A stretch of DNA of 61,632 nucleotides, filler included, from Dugesia japonica (GCA_001938525.1; 6 parts of 6 records of this genome joined end to end with filler, not necessarily neighbours in it), one strand, 5' to 3'; positions 1-14,785 are shown, counted from the whole stretch's first letter. Translations and numbers: made by a program. The notes: generated by a model from the letters alone, not told the origin.

Positions 1-239
1 CGGTTTTTGCATATAAAAACGATAAAATTTGTTTTTATATATAATATAAATAAACTATATTAAAAGAATATTTGTTTTTTAGATATATTTTAATAAACAT
101 AAAACAATAACATATACAATAAATATATCTCCAATACATCATTATTTTTTTTATTAAAAATCAGTAATCTTTCTTTGCACTTTTCTTCTTAAAACATTCT
201 TCTTTTCCAAATCATCTTGCAATGGAAATACGCTTGCTT

Positions 240-1500
240 TTATCTTCTCTGATGCCATTTTGAAATCATAAAATTTACTAATAATATTAATAGCATAAAT
301 GCCTCTCTCAAATCCACCACTTCTAAAGCAATATTCTCTTCCTCAGTATCGTCAATTAGTAATGATTCATCAGATACCATACAAAAGTCCTCGGTTTTTT
401 GAACATCTTTTTCGATAGCCATTCATTTCAACAACCGAATTGAAAAATGGTTGAAACATATTTAAAGATTCCGATATATTGCTGTCTTTTAGAGGTAATT
501 TTGTATCTTTACTTTCAAACTCGGTTTTTATTTTTGAATTTTTTATTGACTTTAAACCAAGAACTTTCTACAAGTTGGATTGCATTTATAAGAGTTATTC
601 TTCACCATTATCAGCCGTTTGTGTCATTTTAGATATTAATGATTTTCTATAATAAACTTTAAAGTTTCTTATCACTCCTTGGTCAAGTGATTGTAAAATG
701 CTCGTTGTATTCGATGGTAAAAACACCAATATAATTTGGGTCAACATATCGTTTATATTTGAAAAAGCGAGGCAATTGTCGACCGATAATATTATTTTTC
801 TACCTCCTTTGCTTCTAAGTTCTTAATCACATTGGATTAATTCATCTGTAAAGATACTGGAAGTTATTCATGCTTTAGAATTGGAATAATATTTATATCT
901 CGTCAAATTTTGATTTTTAAAACAGCTCGGATTCTAACTTTTCCCAATAATTAGAGGCTGTCTTTTCCCCAAGTCATACTGGCACAAAAAAGCACGGTTA
1001 TTCACTCTTTTGATAGCTTTCCCTCGGTAAATTTTTCGCTTAAAAATTTATGAGTTTTATTTGGAGTAACTTTATAAAACATCCCAGCTTCATCTGCATT
1101 AAAAAAATCTTTATCGGCATTTCCTTTTCTTAAACACGGTCATTTATCCTCAAGCCATGATTTAACAGCGTTTACATCGACTGATTTGGACTCCCCTTGT
1201 ATTGAACCATATACAATGGAGTATCTTTTTTTTAATCAGGAAATCTAACTGCTTTTATTTTATTTCCATTTATTTCCAATTCACTTGCTATCAATGTAGC
1301 TTTGCTTTTTAGCATAGGTCTCTCTGAAGCTTGAACCATATTAAAAAAGCTGAATCGATTTCTTTATACTTGGACCATTTTCACTTTTTTGATATCACTT
1401 CTTCGTTCGATGAAAGCTTTTTAAATTTCTTCTTTGGCTTTCTGAATACCACTAACAGTTCTGGGGGTAGAATTGAATATTTTCATCAATTTTTTCTGAT
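240..1500 (-). mobile_element. Degenerate pogo/Tigger-family (CENP-B HTH + DDE_1) transposase
   Basis: Minus-strand translation gives ADEAGMFYKVTPNKT...ITVLFCASMT...PLIIGK...YYSNSKA*I...SVDNC...VFLPSNTTSILQSLDQGVIRNFKVYYRK, typical Tigger DDE_1 motifs; many stops and frameshifts. Confidence 0.85.
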
Positions 1501-2639
1501 TTTGACCGCGCTCAATGGATTGTATTATTGAAATCTTTTTTTTAGAAGATAAAATTTTAAGCGGTAATGAAAAATCGCACAAAAACAAGTTTGACTGTAG
1601 TAAAACTAAATTATAAAAGGATAATTATAATTTACCTATTTTATTGATGATATTTTACTAAAAGACGTGTCGATTATACTATACTAATGTCAAATAAAAT
1701 CAAATTAAATTAATATGTACCAAAAACTATAAAAACTGAATGATTTACATTATCAGTAATTTCTATAATTTTATTCAAACTGGATAAACTTTATTCGATG
1801 ATAATCTTACAAAATAATTAATTTAACTATATTCAACAAATGTGAAACAAAATAATAATATAATCTTGGACAATGAAATTGACGTTAATCTAGATAGCCA
1901 TATTGAGTTTCGTATTGTTTATTTCTCATATTTTTATACACATTTGTCGATATCCAACTTTCTAAATACTGATTCATTTTAGATTGTCAGAATAAATATT
2001 AGATATTTTTATTATAGTATATTTTAATGAAAAATATTGACCAATGGGAAATAATTACAAAAGATATCAAATAAATAGTAATAGTAATCATTTATTCATA
2101 TTTATACTTACATTAAACTAATACTAATATTATACTTTTATAATTTTGCCTAATATAATATATAGAAATTATTTAAATAATTTGTATTTAAAAAATGTTT
2201 AAATATTAAAAATTTGTCTTACTTTTTTACTATTAATATTTGAATGTTTTAAAAAAAATTTTAATATAATAAATATAAAAATTTAAAAAATCTCTCAGAT
2301 ATTCGAAATCTATGAATCAATCTTACATGGTCGATGATATCAATCTTGCTATATATACCAATTTAACATAACTAAATAAAAGCATACTTTAAAAAATACC
2401 ACTTATTTTTACTTTGCTATTTCATTATGTTTCAATGTTTTTTTAATTTTGTCATTTTACTTTATGTTAACCATCATATTCATATTACAAGTTAATGGTA
2501 TCATTATCTGAAAACTTAACGAAAATAATTTTATATTCTGACTAAAATTTCGAAGCAAATCGAATCTGCATATGCAAATTCAATTCAAACGAGAAATCAG
2601 TGAAACTATCAGGAAAGTATACTCACATGTATTTAAGAA

Positions 2640-2858
2640 AGTAGAATCTAAAAAGAGAATATGTGCTGTATGTAGGAATACACAAAAAAGCGTGACGTGT
2701 ACTAAATAAACTAAATACGAATGTATTGAATATGATGTGGGGCTACGTATAATCGACTGTTTTAAAGTATTTGATACAACAATTCATTTAAATTTTTTTT
2801 TGATTAAATTTGCAACTTAAAATATTTTTCAAGAAAAAACGACATCTAAGGTTTAATT
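2640..2858 (+). mobile_element. piggyBac transposase C-terminal Cys-rich domain remnant and probable right end
   Basis: KRICAVCRNT...TKYECIEYDVGLRIIDCFKVFDT resembles the piggyBac CRD (CxxC...TxYxCxxCxVxLCxxxCFxxYH); followed by ...ctaaggtTTAA. Confidence 0.6.
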
Positions 2859-5759
2859 TATATTTAGCAAATCCCTTTACTTAAAGTTATACCATCTCAA
2901 ACAGATACTTGTCAATATTTTATTTTCGATAAATTTGTTGGGGTAGAACACCTCAAAATGGACAGTTAAAAGAAAATTGATGAGTAGGCCCAGAAATGGA
3001 AAGAAGATGCAACCCCTAGAATATAATAATGACGACAATTGAAACAGGCGCGCACTTAGGTTTTTCGCTTGGGAAGGCTTAAATAAAAGAAAACAACAAT
3101 AATAATGAGTCGTGTTCAATTTAAATATTTTTAATATATAATACATGATTAAAATATTTTATATTCATTTTGGTTAGGAAAGTTAACAAAGCCAACCCAT
3201 TTAATCGATTAATTAATAAATTCAATAAAAAATAATAAAAATAAATAATTAATTTATAAAAAATAAAATAAATCATCCAGATAAAAATGATTTATTAGAA
3301 AATCGTAATTATTTTTATGAGAAAATTAAAAAATAAGAAAACCAAGGCTTCCAAAAATCAAAACTATAAAACCATAACTCATCTGGGAAGAACGTTACAA
3401 ATGCTTGAAAGACAACCAATCAAACTCCACAAGTTTTGGAATTCCAAAATATTGGCTAATATTAAGTGACATGATATGGAATGATAAATTCAACAATTAG
3501 AGATCTCGAAATACCGAACGACGTAAATTAGCCAATAAAAAGAATGGGGTGTTCCAGAAAACTGGTATAAATACCGCGGCAATTTTCGGAAAAATCAATA
3601 AAATAAATTCACTTTTACATCGATACCAAAAAGCAAAAAGTGATTTATGAAATAAGAATTATTGCAACGATTTCCGATTAAAAAAATTCTTTATTTAATC
3701 CGGAAAATGTGTAGGGTAAATGAATGTGCTCCTGAACAGTCAAAGTCGAGTCACAAGACCTGCTATGCTCCTTAGCCGTTAGTCCTGTACATTGATTCAT
3801 TTTTATTTACTAATGTATATGTATGATGATTTGTAGTGTGAGCGTGGACTACCTTCACCCTACTAACAAACTAAGGCCCCTAATTAGAGTCAAAGAATAC
3901 TTCATAATGTGAAAATAGATTGGAGAAGATCGACCAAAACCGATGAACATATTTAAAAATTAAGCGCAATACAAGCACCAAGTTGTCTAATAACTAACTC
4001 CGTGTCCCGGCTTTTNAGTGGATGTACCCTTTGCTGGGGTCAAGTGGTACCCTTGTGGCAACGCAAGAACGGTAACTCTAAACACTTGTAGCTAAGTGAT
4101 GGTTGTATTACTGTCGATACTTGCTGAGGTAACATGTTTTCAGGTGGCTTCTCGATACTACTGGACAAGGACGGCGATGGATGATGGATTTCACGAGGAG
4201 TACAGGAGCTTGCGAGTGTATAGGCCCCACATAGAAGTTACCATAGGGTAGGGAATGTCGTGTAATGCTCCATGAATACTTATATGTATAATGAGAAGGT
4301 ATGATGACTTGGTATGATTAAATTTACCAAATGTATTCGGTATTGTATATGAACTTTAATAAACTTTTCAACCCTTATTGAGCAGATTTTATTTCTTTGG
4401 AATAATTAATGGCTCTAACTATAAACACGACTAAACTTACTAATTGATTAATAACTATGACAACGGTATTACTGATATTACTAAAGTGGTAACCATAGAG
4501 AGAAGTAAAGCAAGTGAGTTTCATAAATAGAAGGATCCTAACCAAAGGGATACGAGCAAGCATTCGAACTACGGTTTGCGAGTCACCGGCACTATTCCGA
4601 AAATCTAGATTTGGGACTCTAGATCAAATTCTTCGCGGGGTTTCACTAGACCATGTTATCCAAGATATTAAATAAAAAACTGAGCTGCTTTTATGGAACT
4701 TCTACAAATTTAATAAATAATTTTTCTCATTTCTCATTAAAAAATTAATTTAATAATAAAGAATAGTTATTTAAGAGAACAATAGAATAAAATTTTTAGT
4801 TATGAAACAAAATATTTGTCAATATGATATAAAATTTCATAGAAATTATAGAAATTATCTTTTCAAATTGTTGGGTAACGACTTTTAAATTAATAAATGG
4901 TAAATACTTTTACATTGACAATTATTAGTAGAATAATTGTTGAACTTGACGACTGATCACATTTTTAAAGTTTCAATAAGTGCAGATCAAAAAAGATTTT
5001 CTTGAATTTTTTGTTAGAGATCCAAATTTCAATAATAGTCTTCTTCAGTGATTCAATTTTACAGTTAACTTTTCCACACTTCATAGGAAGAAACATGAAG
5101 AAGTACTAATAAAAAATTATAAAAGATCAATACAATTTATAATATTTAAATAATTCATTCATCATAATTCAATAAAACAAAAATTCTAAAATTATTTCTA
5201 TTTCTTTTAGTAGCACGAATGAATCAAGATTATTGTCGAATATTTGGATCTATGGCAAGAAATCAAAGCAACTATTTTTGAAATACGCTTTTTAATTTAT
5301 TAAATATTTGTTTATTAATAAGATATAGATTGTATATCCTAAAAATATCGTAAGTCAACAAAAATGATATTATCTGTCAAAATAATTATCTTGAATAAAC
5401 GAAATGAAATACAATTTAGCACTAACTGACAAAATTTATCAAAGACAAATATATTGTATCGAATAACAATAAAGTTCTGGAATAAAGTAAAATAATGTTT
5501 CAAGAACTTCTTAACAAAAACATTATTTACACTTATTGGTAATGATTTACGTTATATCCAAATATAATATACGTATTTTAAATTAAAAAAACAGTACTTT
5601 CATAAACAATATAATTGTTACTATTAATATTATTTAATCAAGAATCAAAAAAAGAAACACATTACTATAATTATTTTATTTTTGAATGTGTTTTATTATA
5701 TGTGAAAATATTTTTATACTCTTAATCTAAAATTGAAATGATTCTGAAATCGTCAAATA

Positions 5760-5938
5760 CCGTATTTTCCGGCATATAAGTCGCTTCTTTTCTATTTTTA
5801 AAGATAACTGCGACTTATACAAAGCAACGACTTTTTGATAAATTTTTTTATTTGTCATCATTAATAAAAAATTCAATTTTTTATCGACCGTATGTTTATA
5901 TTTTTGCCTAAGGTTGACTTATAACCTGGAAAATACGG
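5760..5938. mobile_element. Tc1/mariner-type (Tc2-like) MITE
   Basis: TA-CCGTATTTTCCGGCATATAAGTC ... GACTTATAACCTGGAAAATACGG-CA terminal inverted repeats; internal inverted GCGACTTATA copy. Confidence 0.8.
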
Positions 5939-6227
5939 CAATTGAAATAATTTAATGTGAAGAATAATAAATGAAAACTTTTAATTTCTAATATCAAAAC
6001 AGTTTTCATTATTAAGATTGATTAATTATTATTAAACATTATTATATTCATAAATGATGAAATTGTATTTGCTGAATTCCGAAATAATGGAAATTTTTTA
6101 ATATAAATAATGAATGGCCTGTCTAGTGAAAAACTGTGAATATGAAATTCAGAAGAGAAATTAGTAGAATAATCTCAATAATCTATTTAAATAAGGAAAA
6201 TGATCAAAATTAATTTGTTACTAATCG

Positions 6228-6228
<1 letters not shown>

Positions 6229-6269
<41 letters not shown>

Positions 6270-6270
6270 A
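6229..6270. repeat. (TA)n(TG)n microsatellite
   Basis: Directly visible. Confidence 0.95.
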
Positions 6271-8399
6271 ATTTTAAATTTAGTAACATAAATATTAAAT
6301 AATATTAATATTATAATATTAAAATTTATACCCATACAAATTTTGAAAAAATGATATTTTTAAAATATATCTTTTATTCTAAATTTCAAGGGTATGAATT
6401 ATTTTATGAGTTGTTATGAGTGGATTAATTTTTTTGAATATTATGAATATTCATCTTTTATAACTTTTGTAAAATTCAATACAACTTTGCAATATTGAAT
6501 AAATTTGAAATGGAAACTTGTGATATTGTTAATTTAACTAATAAATAATATTACATAAAATGGAAAGTATTGTTACAATTTATAATCTGTAAATTCGGTA
6601 TTTTAATAATTTGTGTTATAAAATATTTCAAAATATATAGAATATTTCTTGAAAATTGTTATGATTTAGCCGAAAGTCGAAACATTACAAATTATTGGGT
6701 AGTTAACTTAAAATCAATATTTCAAATATTAAAATCCACTATTTTAAAATTGTTAATAGACCAAAAAACTAAAATAATAAATTGAATTAGATTTTAGCAC
6801 ATTAGTTTTTTTTTTAATTTTATAAATAATATTAAATAAAAGTTGTACAATTTAGACCAACAAAAGATTACTTAATTTTCGTAATTATTTTCAACTAAAA
6901 CCTGACGAGAACAAATATTTCCAATCAAAATATGATTTCAAAGTTTATATTTTAACGTAGCAATTTGTGAATTCTAGAAATCAATAATTTAAAATATTTC
7001 AAAGCTTAGTAAACTTAGTATGAAAGCCAGCATTTAAAAAATTATAAATTATAAAAAATTATAAAAAAATAAAAAATTAAGGATAAGTCGAACAATATAC
7101 CGAACTATTAATTAAAAAAATAAAACTAATTTTCAACTTAAATCAAATTGAAAAATCATTGCTTTAAATATAAGACAAAAATAAAATTTTGTCACCGTAA
7201 AAAATACATAAAAATTTGAATATTGTTGACAAAATAGATTACTTTCAATTATTGAAAGATGGTACTGAATGGCATGGGAAATTTTTTTTATAGATTCTGT
7301 AATGAACCTCGTTTTTCAAAAAAAATCAGTAAGAAATCTAATTTAGCAAAATTAATTTTTCATGTAAAATCTGATTGCTTGTAAGGAGAACATAAATTTA
7401 TATTTTCATTAAATTAAATTATTCCATCAAAATGCTATTTTTTATATAAATTTTTTATAATTTTTTTTTAGTTGTTAGTATTTTGAATTTTCAATTGATG
7501 GCTTCTTCAGGATTTAACTGTTTTAAATAAGTTTATCGATTAAATTTTACATTTAAATTAAAGAATCTAACTTGAAAATCACCTTTAAAATTGCATCTAA
7601 ATTTTAATATACGATCTAAAAATTAATTAATTTTCTATTTGAGTAAAATTTATTATTTAATTCAAATCAAATTCGGTTTTCTCATTTCGAAAAAACCTTT
7701 TACATACTAAAATTTTTAGATTTAACATAAAAAGAAACAAAACAAAAATCAAACATATTTTTTCTATTCCAAAATATAATCAATCGCATAACATTTTAGT
7801 ATTCCGAAGAAATGAAAGGATTAAATTTATGAGTTAAGACTTACAATTAAACCAATTAAAGGAAAATAATTTAGAATAATTAATGAATTTCAGAAAAGTC
7901 ACAAATAAATNAATATNCATTAGAATTCAATGCATACTTATTTCTACCATACGTTGATTTACCATGTATTTCTAAAACTTGTTTCAAATAAAAATTATAA
8001 ATTAAGTATTTAATTACATAAAATGTAATATTTCTATTTTTACGCGATTAACAAAGAATTTCAAAAAAATAATTTTTACAAAAACATGTATGTACATTCT
8101 TTATCTTAAAACCAGAAACAAAATTTAGATTTGTGTTTCAAGAATTAGCAATGGTTAATTTCAATATAACCTTTTATCTTGTTTCGTGTTGGAAAATGGT
8201 ATTTCCCTAGAAAATATGATGATTTCCCTAATTTTATATTATCATATGGTTCAGTTTTGATTATTTTTTCATAAAAGATGATTATATAAGGAGTACAGAT
8301 AAAAAATGGGGATGTCGTTTATAATCGATTAACTACTATATGGTAATATAATTTANNNNNNNNNNNNNNNNNNNNNNNNNNNNNNNNNNNNNNNNNNNN

Positions 8400-8411
8400 T
8401 TAATTAATTAA
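8400..8411. other. Artificial contig-join linker TTAATTAATTAA inside an N run (also 19549-19560, about 29724-29735, 39410-39421, 53055-53066)
   Basis: Identical six-frame-stop 12-mer flanked by N runs five times; sequence character changes across the joins. Confidence 0.95.
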
Positions 8412-8455
8412 NNNNNNNNNNNNNNNNNNNNNNNNNNNNNNNNNNNNNNNNNNNN

Positions 8456-9400
8456 CAATGCCAAATATTGAAGAAATGCTGAATGCATTGAGCGAGACGA
8501 CATATTTCAGTTCGATAGACCTGGGAAATGCGTATTACCAGGTGGAATTTGATCAGGACTACCAAGAAAAGACGGCGTTTTCCACAAAGCAGTGACAATA
8601 TTGTTTTAATCGGATGCCGTTTGGAATAGCGGCAGCTCCTGGGACTTTTCAGGAGATGATGATGGAAGTAATAAAATGACTACAAGGAGCCATGGTATAT
8701 CTGGAAGACATATTGGTGTTTTCGAAATCGAGGGAGAAACATTATGAGATTATAGAAAAAGTTAAAAGTGAAAGCAGGTCTGAGACTCAATACGGAAAAG
8801 TGCTCTCTCATGAATCGAGAGATAAAATTTTTAGGTCACATAATAAGTGAAAAAGGTATTCAGACTGACCCGGAGCCAAAATGTGTGTAGAAACTATGTA
8901 GTTTCCTTGGTATATGCAACTACTACAGGAAGTTTATTAAACGTTTAGCGATAAAAGCTAGCAAACTGGAACAATTGTGCAGTGGTCAAGGGAGCACAAA
9001 TTGGTTTGGTCTGTAGAGTTGTCAAAGATTTTTGAAGGATTGAAAACAGCACTGACCACAACACCAGTGTTGGNNNNNNNNNNNNNNNNNNNNNNNNNNN
9101 NNNNNNNNNNNGACACCAGTTTTAGCACGGTCGGTGCAGTTTTGTCACAAAAAGACGAATAAGTGAAAGAAATGGTGATTGCGTGCGGTTCACACGCGAT
9201 GCCTAATCATTGGAAGGGTTATTGTATAACTAGGAAAGAATTGCTAGTAGTTTATTATTTTTGCTTACATTTTAAACATTATCTATATGGGAAACGTTTC
9301 ATACTTATAACGGATCGCAAAGCAATTACGGTTACGTTAGGCACTAAAATATGGATTACTAGCCAGTTCCAAACGTGGATTAATTTTTTAAGCAGCCATG
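8456..9400 (+). mobile_element. Ty3/Gypsy RT-RNase H pseudogene fragment
   Basis: MPNIEEML...SSIDLGNAYYQV...KTAFST...RMPFGIAAAPGTFQ...VYLEDILVFS...FLGHIISEKGIQTDP...DTSFSTVGAVLSQ...YCITRKELL...YLYGKRFILITD. Confidence 0.92.
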
Positions 9401-9404
9401 TAAA

Positions 9405-9600
9405 ACAATAATAATAATAAAAACAATAATTATAATAAAAATAATAATAAAATATAATAATAATAAAAATAATTAAAATAATAAAAATAATNNNNNNNNN
9501 NNNNNNNNNNNNNNNNNNNNNNNNNNNNNNNNNNNNNATAAAAATAATCATAATAAAAATAATTATAATAAATAATTAAAATAATAATAAAAATAATATG
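9405..9600. repeat. (AAT)n-like low-complexity tract
   Basis: Directly visible. Confidence 0.85.
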
Positions 9601-11319
9601 TTAAAAACATGCGATTATGTCCAAAGCTGATATTTCCCAGAAATCCATAAAAAATACTAATTTACTCCTTCTGTTTATTGATTAGATTTTGTCACATTCT
9701 AATTAAAAATATTCACCTAATTTATATACTAAAAATTTTGAATTTTTTTTAATTAATCGCGACATTATAAAAATAGATCACGTGATTATTTGAGTTACAC
9801 CAACAATTAAAGATTAGAAAATTTTTTCAATAAAATCTGTTTAATCCCCGAAAATTTATAGTTAAAACTACCAACGAAAGTTTCACATCAATTATCTTGT
9901 TCTTACTGACAAATATAATGTACAATTTCCTCGTAGGGATTCAAAAAATAACAATTGCTATTAATAAAATCAAATCAATATAAAATCGTAAAATATCACA
10001 AAAATTCATGCTCATTAATCCTAGAACTACACTATCAACCAGTCAGGCAAATCGACTGATTAAAAAGAAAAACTACTTCAGTGCTAATGTGGAAGGGATT
10101 CACATAAGTCTAAATGGAAAAGGAAATTTTCTCTTCTAAAACAGATAGAATATTAACTACAATTATTTCATTAGTCAGTTTATAGTTCCAATGATAAACG
10201 TATTTAAAATTCACTGTGCATCCATTTATTCAAATTCAGTGAAATTAAATATTTATTATAATACCAATCACTGCATAACATTCAGAAATTCAATTTTAAT
10301 ATTTTTACTTAAATTTAAATTATTTTATCAACCTATTTGAATTTAACCTAATAATCATAAGTTAGCCATAAAATATTAATTTTTAATCTTAAAATTTATT
10401 AATAATTAATTTCATTTCAAAATTAAAGAGTTTTAAAAATAATTTGAAAATTTCAATTTTTCATAGCATAAAACTCTGTAAAATTTTTGACTAAAATTAT
10501 AAAATCAATATTTTGCGTTATTAATTTTTGAGAACAATATTACAATAAAAGTTAAATTGCCAATTTAATCGCAATCAATTATTAAAAAGTTATAAAATAC
10601 AGTGAATTAACATTGAATTTTAAATAAAGCTACTTAGTTAAGGTACTTGTATATCTTATACAAGCATTGTGTTAACATAAACCAAAATTCTACAATTTAA
10701 AATAATCTAATTTAAGGTTACTAGTATAAAAGTTACTAATATCAGCATTTAAGTTCATTTTAAATAAAAAGTAATATGAAAATTCCAAATAAATAAAAAA
10801 ACTAACAATTTTATAAAATATGGTAACTCGGTTATTTTTGTTATGCTGATTGAAAAGCCTTGAAAATACACAATTATAACAAATAACTTTGTTAGAAAAA
10901 TTAAGTATTTTCAAATATTATTTATATTTTTATTATATTTTTGTCTCATGTTTATGAAATTCAATTAATTAATTAAAGTTTGTAAGTAACTAGTGATCAA
11001 ATAAATAATAAATTATATATAATTTTACAGTTCTAGTTAATGTTATTTGTAATTCTTACATAAATCTTCAAATGATAATTTATTTTCGAAATCAGAACAG
11101 TTATTTTCCGATATATTTAAAATGCAATTAATACAGATGACTGATTTGAATAAATATAGGTAAATAGAAATTATTAATATTAATAATAGTTTTAATCTCT
11201 GTTTATTGGCTGAAATTATTAATTATTTCCTTATTTTCATTTTTTCTGAACATAAAGTTAATTAGTATATTTTCAGAGTGTTACATATATTACATTTGCA
11301 AGTCAAATTGAATTATAAG

Positions 11320-11435
11320 TGTAGTGTTAATATTTTAATACTAATAAACAAATAAATTCATTTGTTTACATATTGTGATTGAAATAAACATTACCAATTT
11401 AAAAGTTGTTATTATGGTGAAATCAGTTAACAATA
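11320..11435 (+). repeat. 5' LTR (116 bp)
   Basis: TGTAGTGTTAA...TTAACAATA; direct repeat of 14364-14479 with 6 mismatches counted by eye. Confidence 0.93.
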
Positions 11436-11436
11436 A

Positions 11437-11451
11437 TGTTGTCAGAAGTGG
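11437..11451 (+). promoter_or_regulatory. Primer-binding site, tRNA-Leu type
   Basis: TGTTGTCAGAAGTGG is one mismatch from TGGTGTCAGAAGTGG, the complement of a eukaryotic tRNA-Leu 3' end; lies immediately after the 5' LTR. Confidence 0.75.
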
Positions 11452-14349
11452 CAAAGAAAACCATATCCAAATCAGAATGCCAAATTACTTCTCAAACTTA
11501 GCAAACTGGTTTGACCAAGTGGATGCAGCTTTTGAGCTATCGAATATCCGAAGTTCAAGCGCAAAATACTTCTACTTACTTATCAGTTTGCCACCAAATA
11601 TACTGGACTTAGTGTCACATGAAATGGATCCACAAGTTGAATCCCTATACGAAAAACTGAAAGCTGGAATAAAACGCAGAACCACAGCAGTTGAAGCCAT
11701 GAATAAATTCTTACAAGAAAGCTGACAGAAATGAAGCAATTTTACAAACTTATTGACCCACATGGAAATCCATACACTTCCAACATTTTGAGACTGAAGT
11801 TCTTGGAATTTTTACCAAAATACATGTGACATCATTTAGTTCAGCACAGAGACAAAAGCCTTGAAGAATAAGTTCAGTCAGCAGAGTATCATTTCGAGAT
11901 AGATGATCAAACTGTCGAAATTAATAACATCAGGCAAATGAGAAATCAACATGACGAAATTACAATCAGCAGCATACGTGATGAGATCAACACAATCAAA
12001 GCCAAACATGGACAAATAATATATAAGATAGCGTCAAACAAAGAGATATGTTACTTCCACAGAAAATTTGGCAAAAATGCAAGAAAATGTCGTTTCATCT
12101 TGCAGTTTCAATTCGGGAAAAGAAAACAGATCTCAATGAAACCGATCACTGAGATCTGAGACGAACCCAAACAGTCGGTAGTAGTGCAATCTATTTTCAC
12201 AATCTCAGGTTGGTCAAACAATAATCAATATCAATTCTTTATTGACTCAGGCGCAGGTATCAGCATTATGCCATATAGAATGTTTATCCCAGATGACAAC
12301 AATGCTAAACATTCATTATTAACTAAAAATGGAAGCGGAATTGTAGTTTATGGTGAAAAGACAATCTCACTTCATATATCAAGTATTCCAGCCACATTTA
12401 AATGGACGTTTACAGTAGCAGATGTCAAGCGTTCAATATTGATATCAGATTTTATGTCAAAACATCGTCTTTTAATAGATTGTCATAGCAATCGGATCTC
12501 CTAAAGACGACAGCACAGTAAATAAAATTTTTGAACTCAGAATGCCTAACGGTTCTGTGAATAGACACAGACGGCCTATTAGTTCATAAACGTGCTCGAA
12601 GATTTGAACCATTAATTATGAAACAAATCAAACTTGAATTTGAAGAATGGACTAAACAAGACATTATTCAACCAAGCAGTAGTGAATGAGCATCTCCACC
12701 GGTAGTAGTCAAGAACATTTCGATCATGCGGCGATTACTGAATGTTAAACCTGACAACAAAGCCAGACAGATATCCACAGATATCTAAAAACTAACTGAA
12801 GTGACAGAAATTGCAACTCCTGATCAACAAAGGACATTTATATTATGCAGTGATGCGTCAAGATCGGCTGTTGAAGGAAGTTTGAACCAAGGGAATAAGA
12901 ACGGTAAGCTGCATCATATTACTTTCTTTTCTAGAAAATTAAAACCTGTTGAATGCAAATATTCCAACTTTTGGCATAAGTACTTTCAATCAAACACTTT
13001 CAGCATTCGATATTAGGTACAAAGTTAATCGCTCACTCGGATCACAAATATTTACTGAGCTCAACGCAAATGAAAAACCCACCAGGAAAACAATAGAAAT
13101 GAACGGATATGCAACAAGATATGCAATTGTGGTACATTAAAGACGAGGAAAATGTAGTTGTAGATTTTCTATCAAGGCAATCAGATGATGACGATGAAAG
13201 AATCATGCAGGAAATTAGTCATGTATCAATAACAAATCTATTGAAAAACCAACAAGATGATCAATCATTGATTGATATTAAACAACACTCGCTGAAACTG
13301 CACAGAACTAAAGAAGGAATATTAGATAACAAATCAAAGACAAATCTCAGAATTGTACTCCCAGATCAATTAAGATTTAATGAATTTGAAAGGCTGCACA
13401 ACCCATGTCACCAGTGTGCTAATGTTACCATCAGATTGATATCAGATCGATATGTATGACCGAAAATGAGATTTCAAATCCGCAATTGGTGTACACACTG
13501 TCTTAAATGTCAAGCAAATAAAGTTTTAAGGCATATAAAAGCACCAATAGGTACACTATCAAACTTAGAAAAATTCAAAGTAGTACATTTGGATATAATA
13601 GAACCTCTACTTTCTATAAAAGGTAAAACATATTTGTTTACCATGATTGATAGAGAAACCTCATGGGCTGAAGTAGCCCCACTAAGAGAAATAACTACGT
13701 CAAGCATAGTTACATTGACAATAAAAGACTGAATAACGCGTTTTGGAGCACCAGGAATTGTGATAACAGACAACGGATGACAATTCGTTTCAAGAGAGTT
13801 CAGCACATTCTGTGAACATTTGAAATTGAGCACAGGTGTACTACACCATATCATCTCCAATGCAATGGAAAGATAGAAAAATTTCATAGAACTCTCAAAA
13901 ATGCATTGTGAACATGGGAGGACAATACAGAACGTGAATGACTTGATGAGACACGAATAATTATGATAGCATTGCATAAAATGGTTAGTGAAGAAACTTA
14001 ACTATCACCATCACAAGTAGTTTTCGGAACAACAGTGAGGTAGCCAGGTGACATCATCCTTACATAATGCTCCAACCAGCAAACAATGATATCGACAGAA
14101 TTCTAAAATAATTGGTTAAGGTCACACGGCTTAACAAAGATGTTCATGGCCATAAAGATGGAAAAATGCAAAAGTGTTTGGATCACAAGTGATAACAGAA
14201 GACCACTTCAGCAAATATATTAAGGACCTTATACAATTACGAATCGAGGAAGTATGGTTAGGTAATGCAAATTATGAGAAAAGGTAAACTGGAAAGTATT
14301 TCAGTGGATAGAACACGCCGAGCATTCATCTTCAAAAAGCCTCCAGATT

Positions 14350-14479
14350 AGAGGGGGCAGTAATGTAGTATTAGTATTTTAATACTAATAAACAAATAAA
14401 TTCATTTGTTTAAATATTGTGATTGGAATAAACATTACCAATTTAAAATTTGTTATTATGGTGAAATCAATTAACAATA
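14350..14479 (+). repeat. Polypurine tract (AGAGGGGGCAG) and 3' LTR (14364-14479)
   Basis: PPT directly precedes the second LTR copy; followed by TSD ATAAG. Confidence 0.92.
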
Positions 14480-14785
14480 ATAAGCTTTGTCCGTCTTTAC
14501 AATCTTCAAGATAAATTTAACAATATTGAGAAGTTCCTTTAGTGTAGTACCAAATTCTACTTTGTGAATCGGTTAGGTCTATTTAAACTTGAGTACATAA
14601 TGAAATTGTTTCGTATAAAGTAAAAATCAACTATTAACGAAACACCATTGTCTAAATCAGTGGTTGCTAATTTGACATAGCATGTGAGCTGCTTTTCTTT
14701 CTCAAAGTTTCCTTCAATATATCTCCAGTAAATATGGTTCTATAATTAAAAATGATTAAAAAATATTTTATAAAAGTAGGGGGAT

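Larger units (their letters stand above)
11320..14479 (+). mobile_element. Gypsy LTR retrotransposon with both termini, internally deleted in RT (non-autonomous, decayed)
   Basis: Two 116-bp LTRs, ATAAG TSD on both sides, PBS and PPT; gag (WFDQVDAAF...KYFYLLISLP; CYFHRKFGKNARKC), protease (FIDSGAGIS), RT N-part (RSCGDY..LN...DRYP), RNase H (LCSDAS), integrase (HLDIIEPL, TDNG*QF). Confidence 0.93.

Noticed and set aside
3720-4660. More GC-rich island, possibly a minus-strand Gypsy gag/protease relic
   Set aside because: Only a weak FIDSG-like trace; too degenerate to call.
8357-8455. Recurrent TTAATTAATTAA palindromes inside N runs as biological sites
   Set aside because: Artificial contig linkers; adjacency across them carries no biological meaning.
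14490-14740. Possible minus-strand host exon, and similar candidates near 4980-5270
   Set aside because: Splice-like signals but no recognisable protein; cannot be supported.
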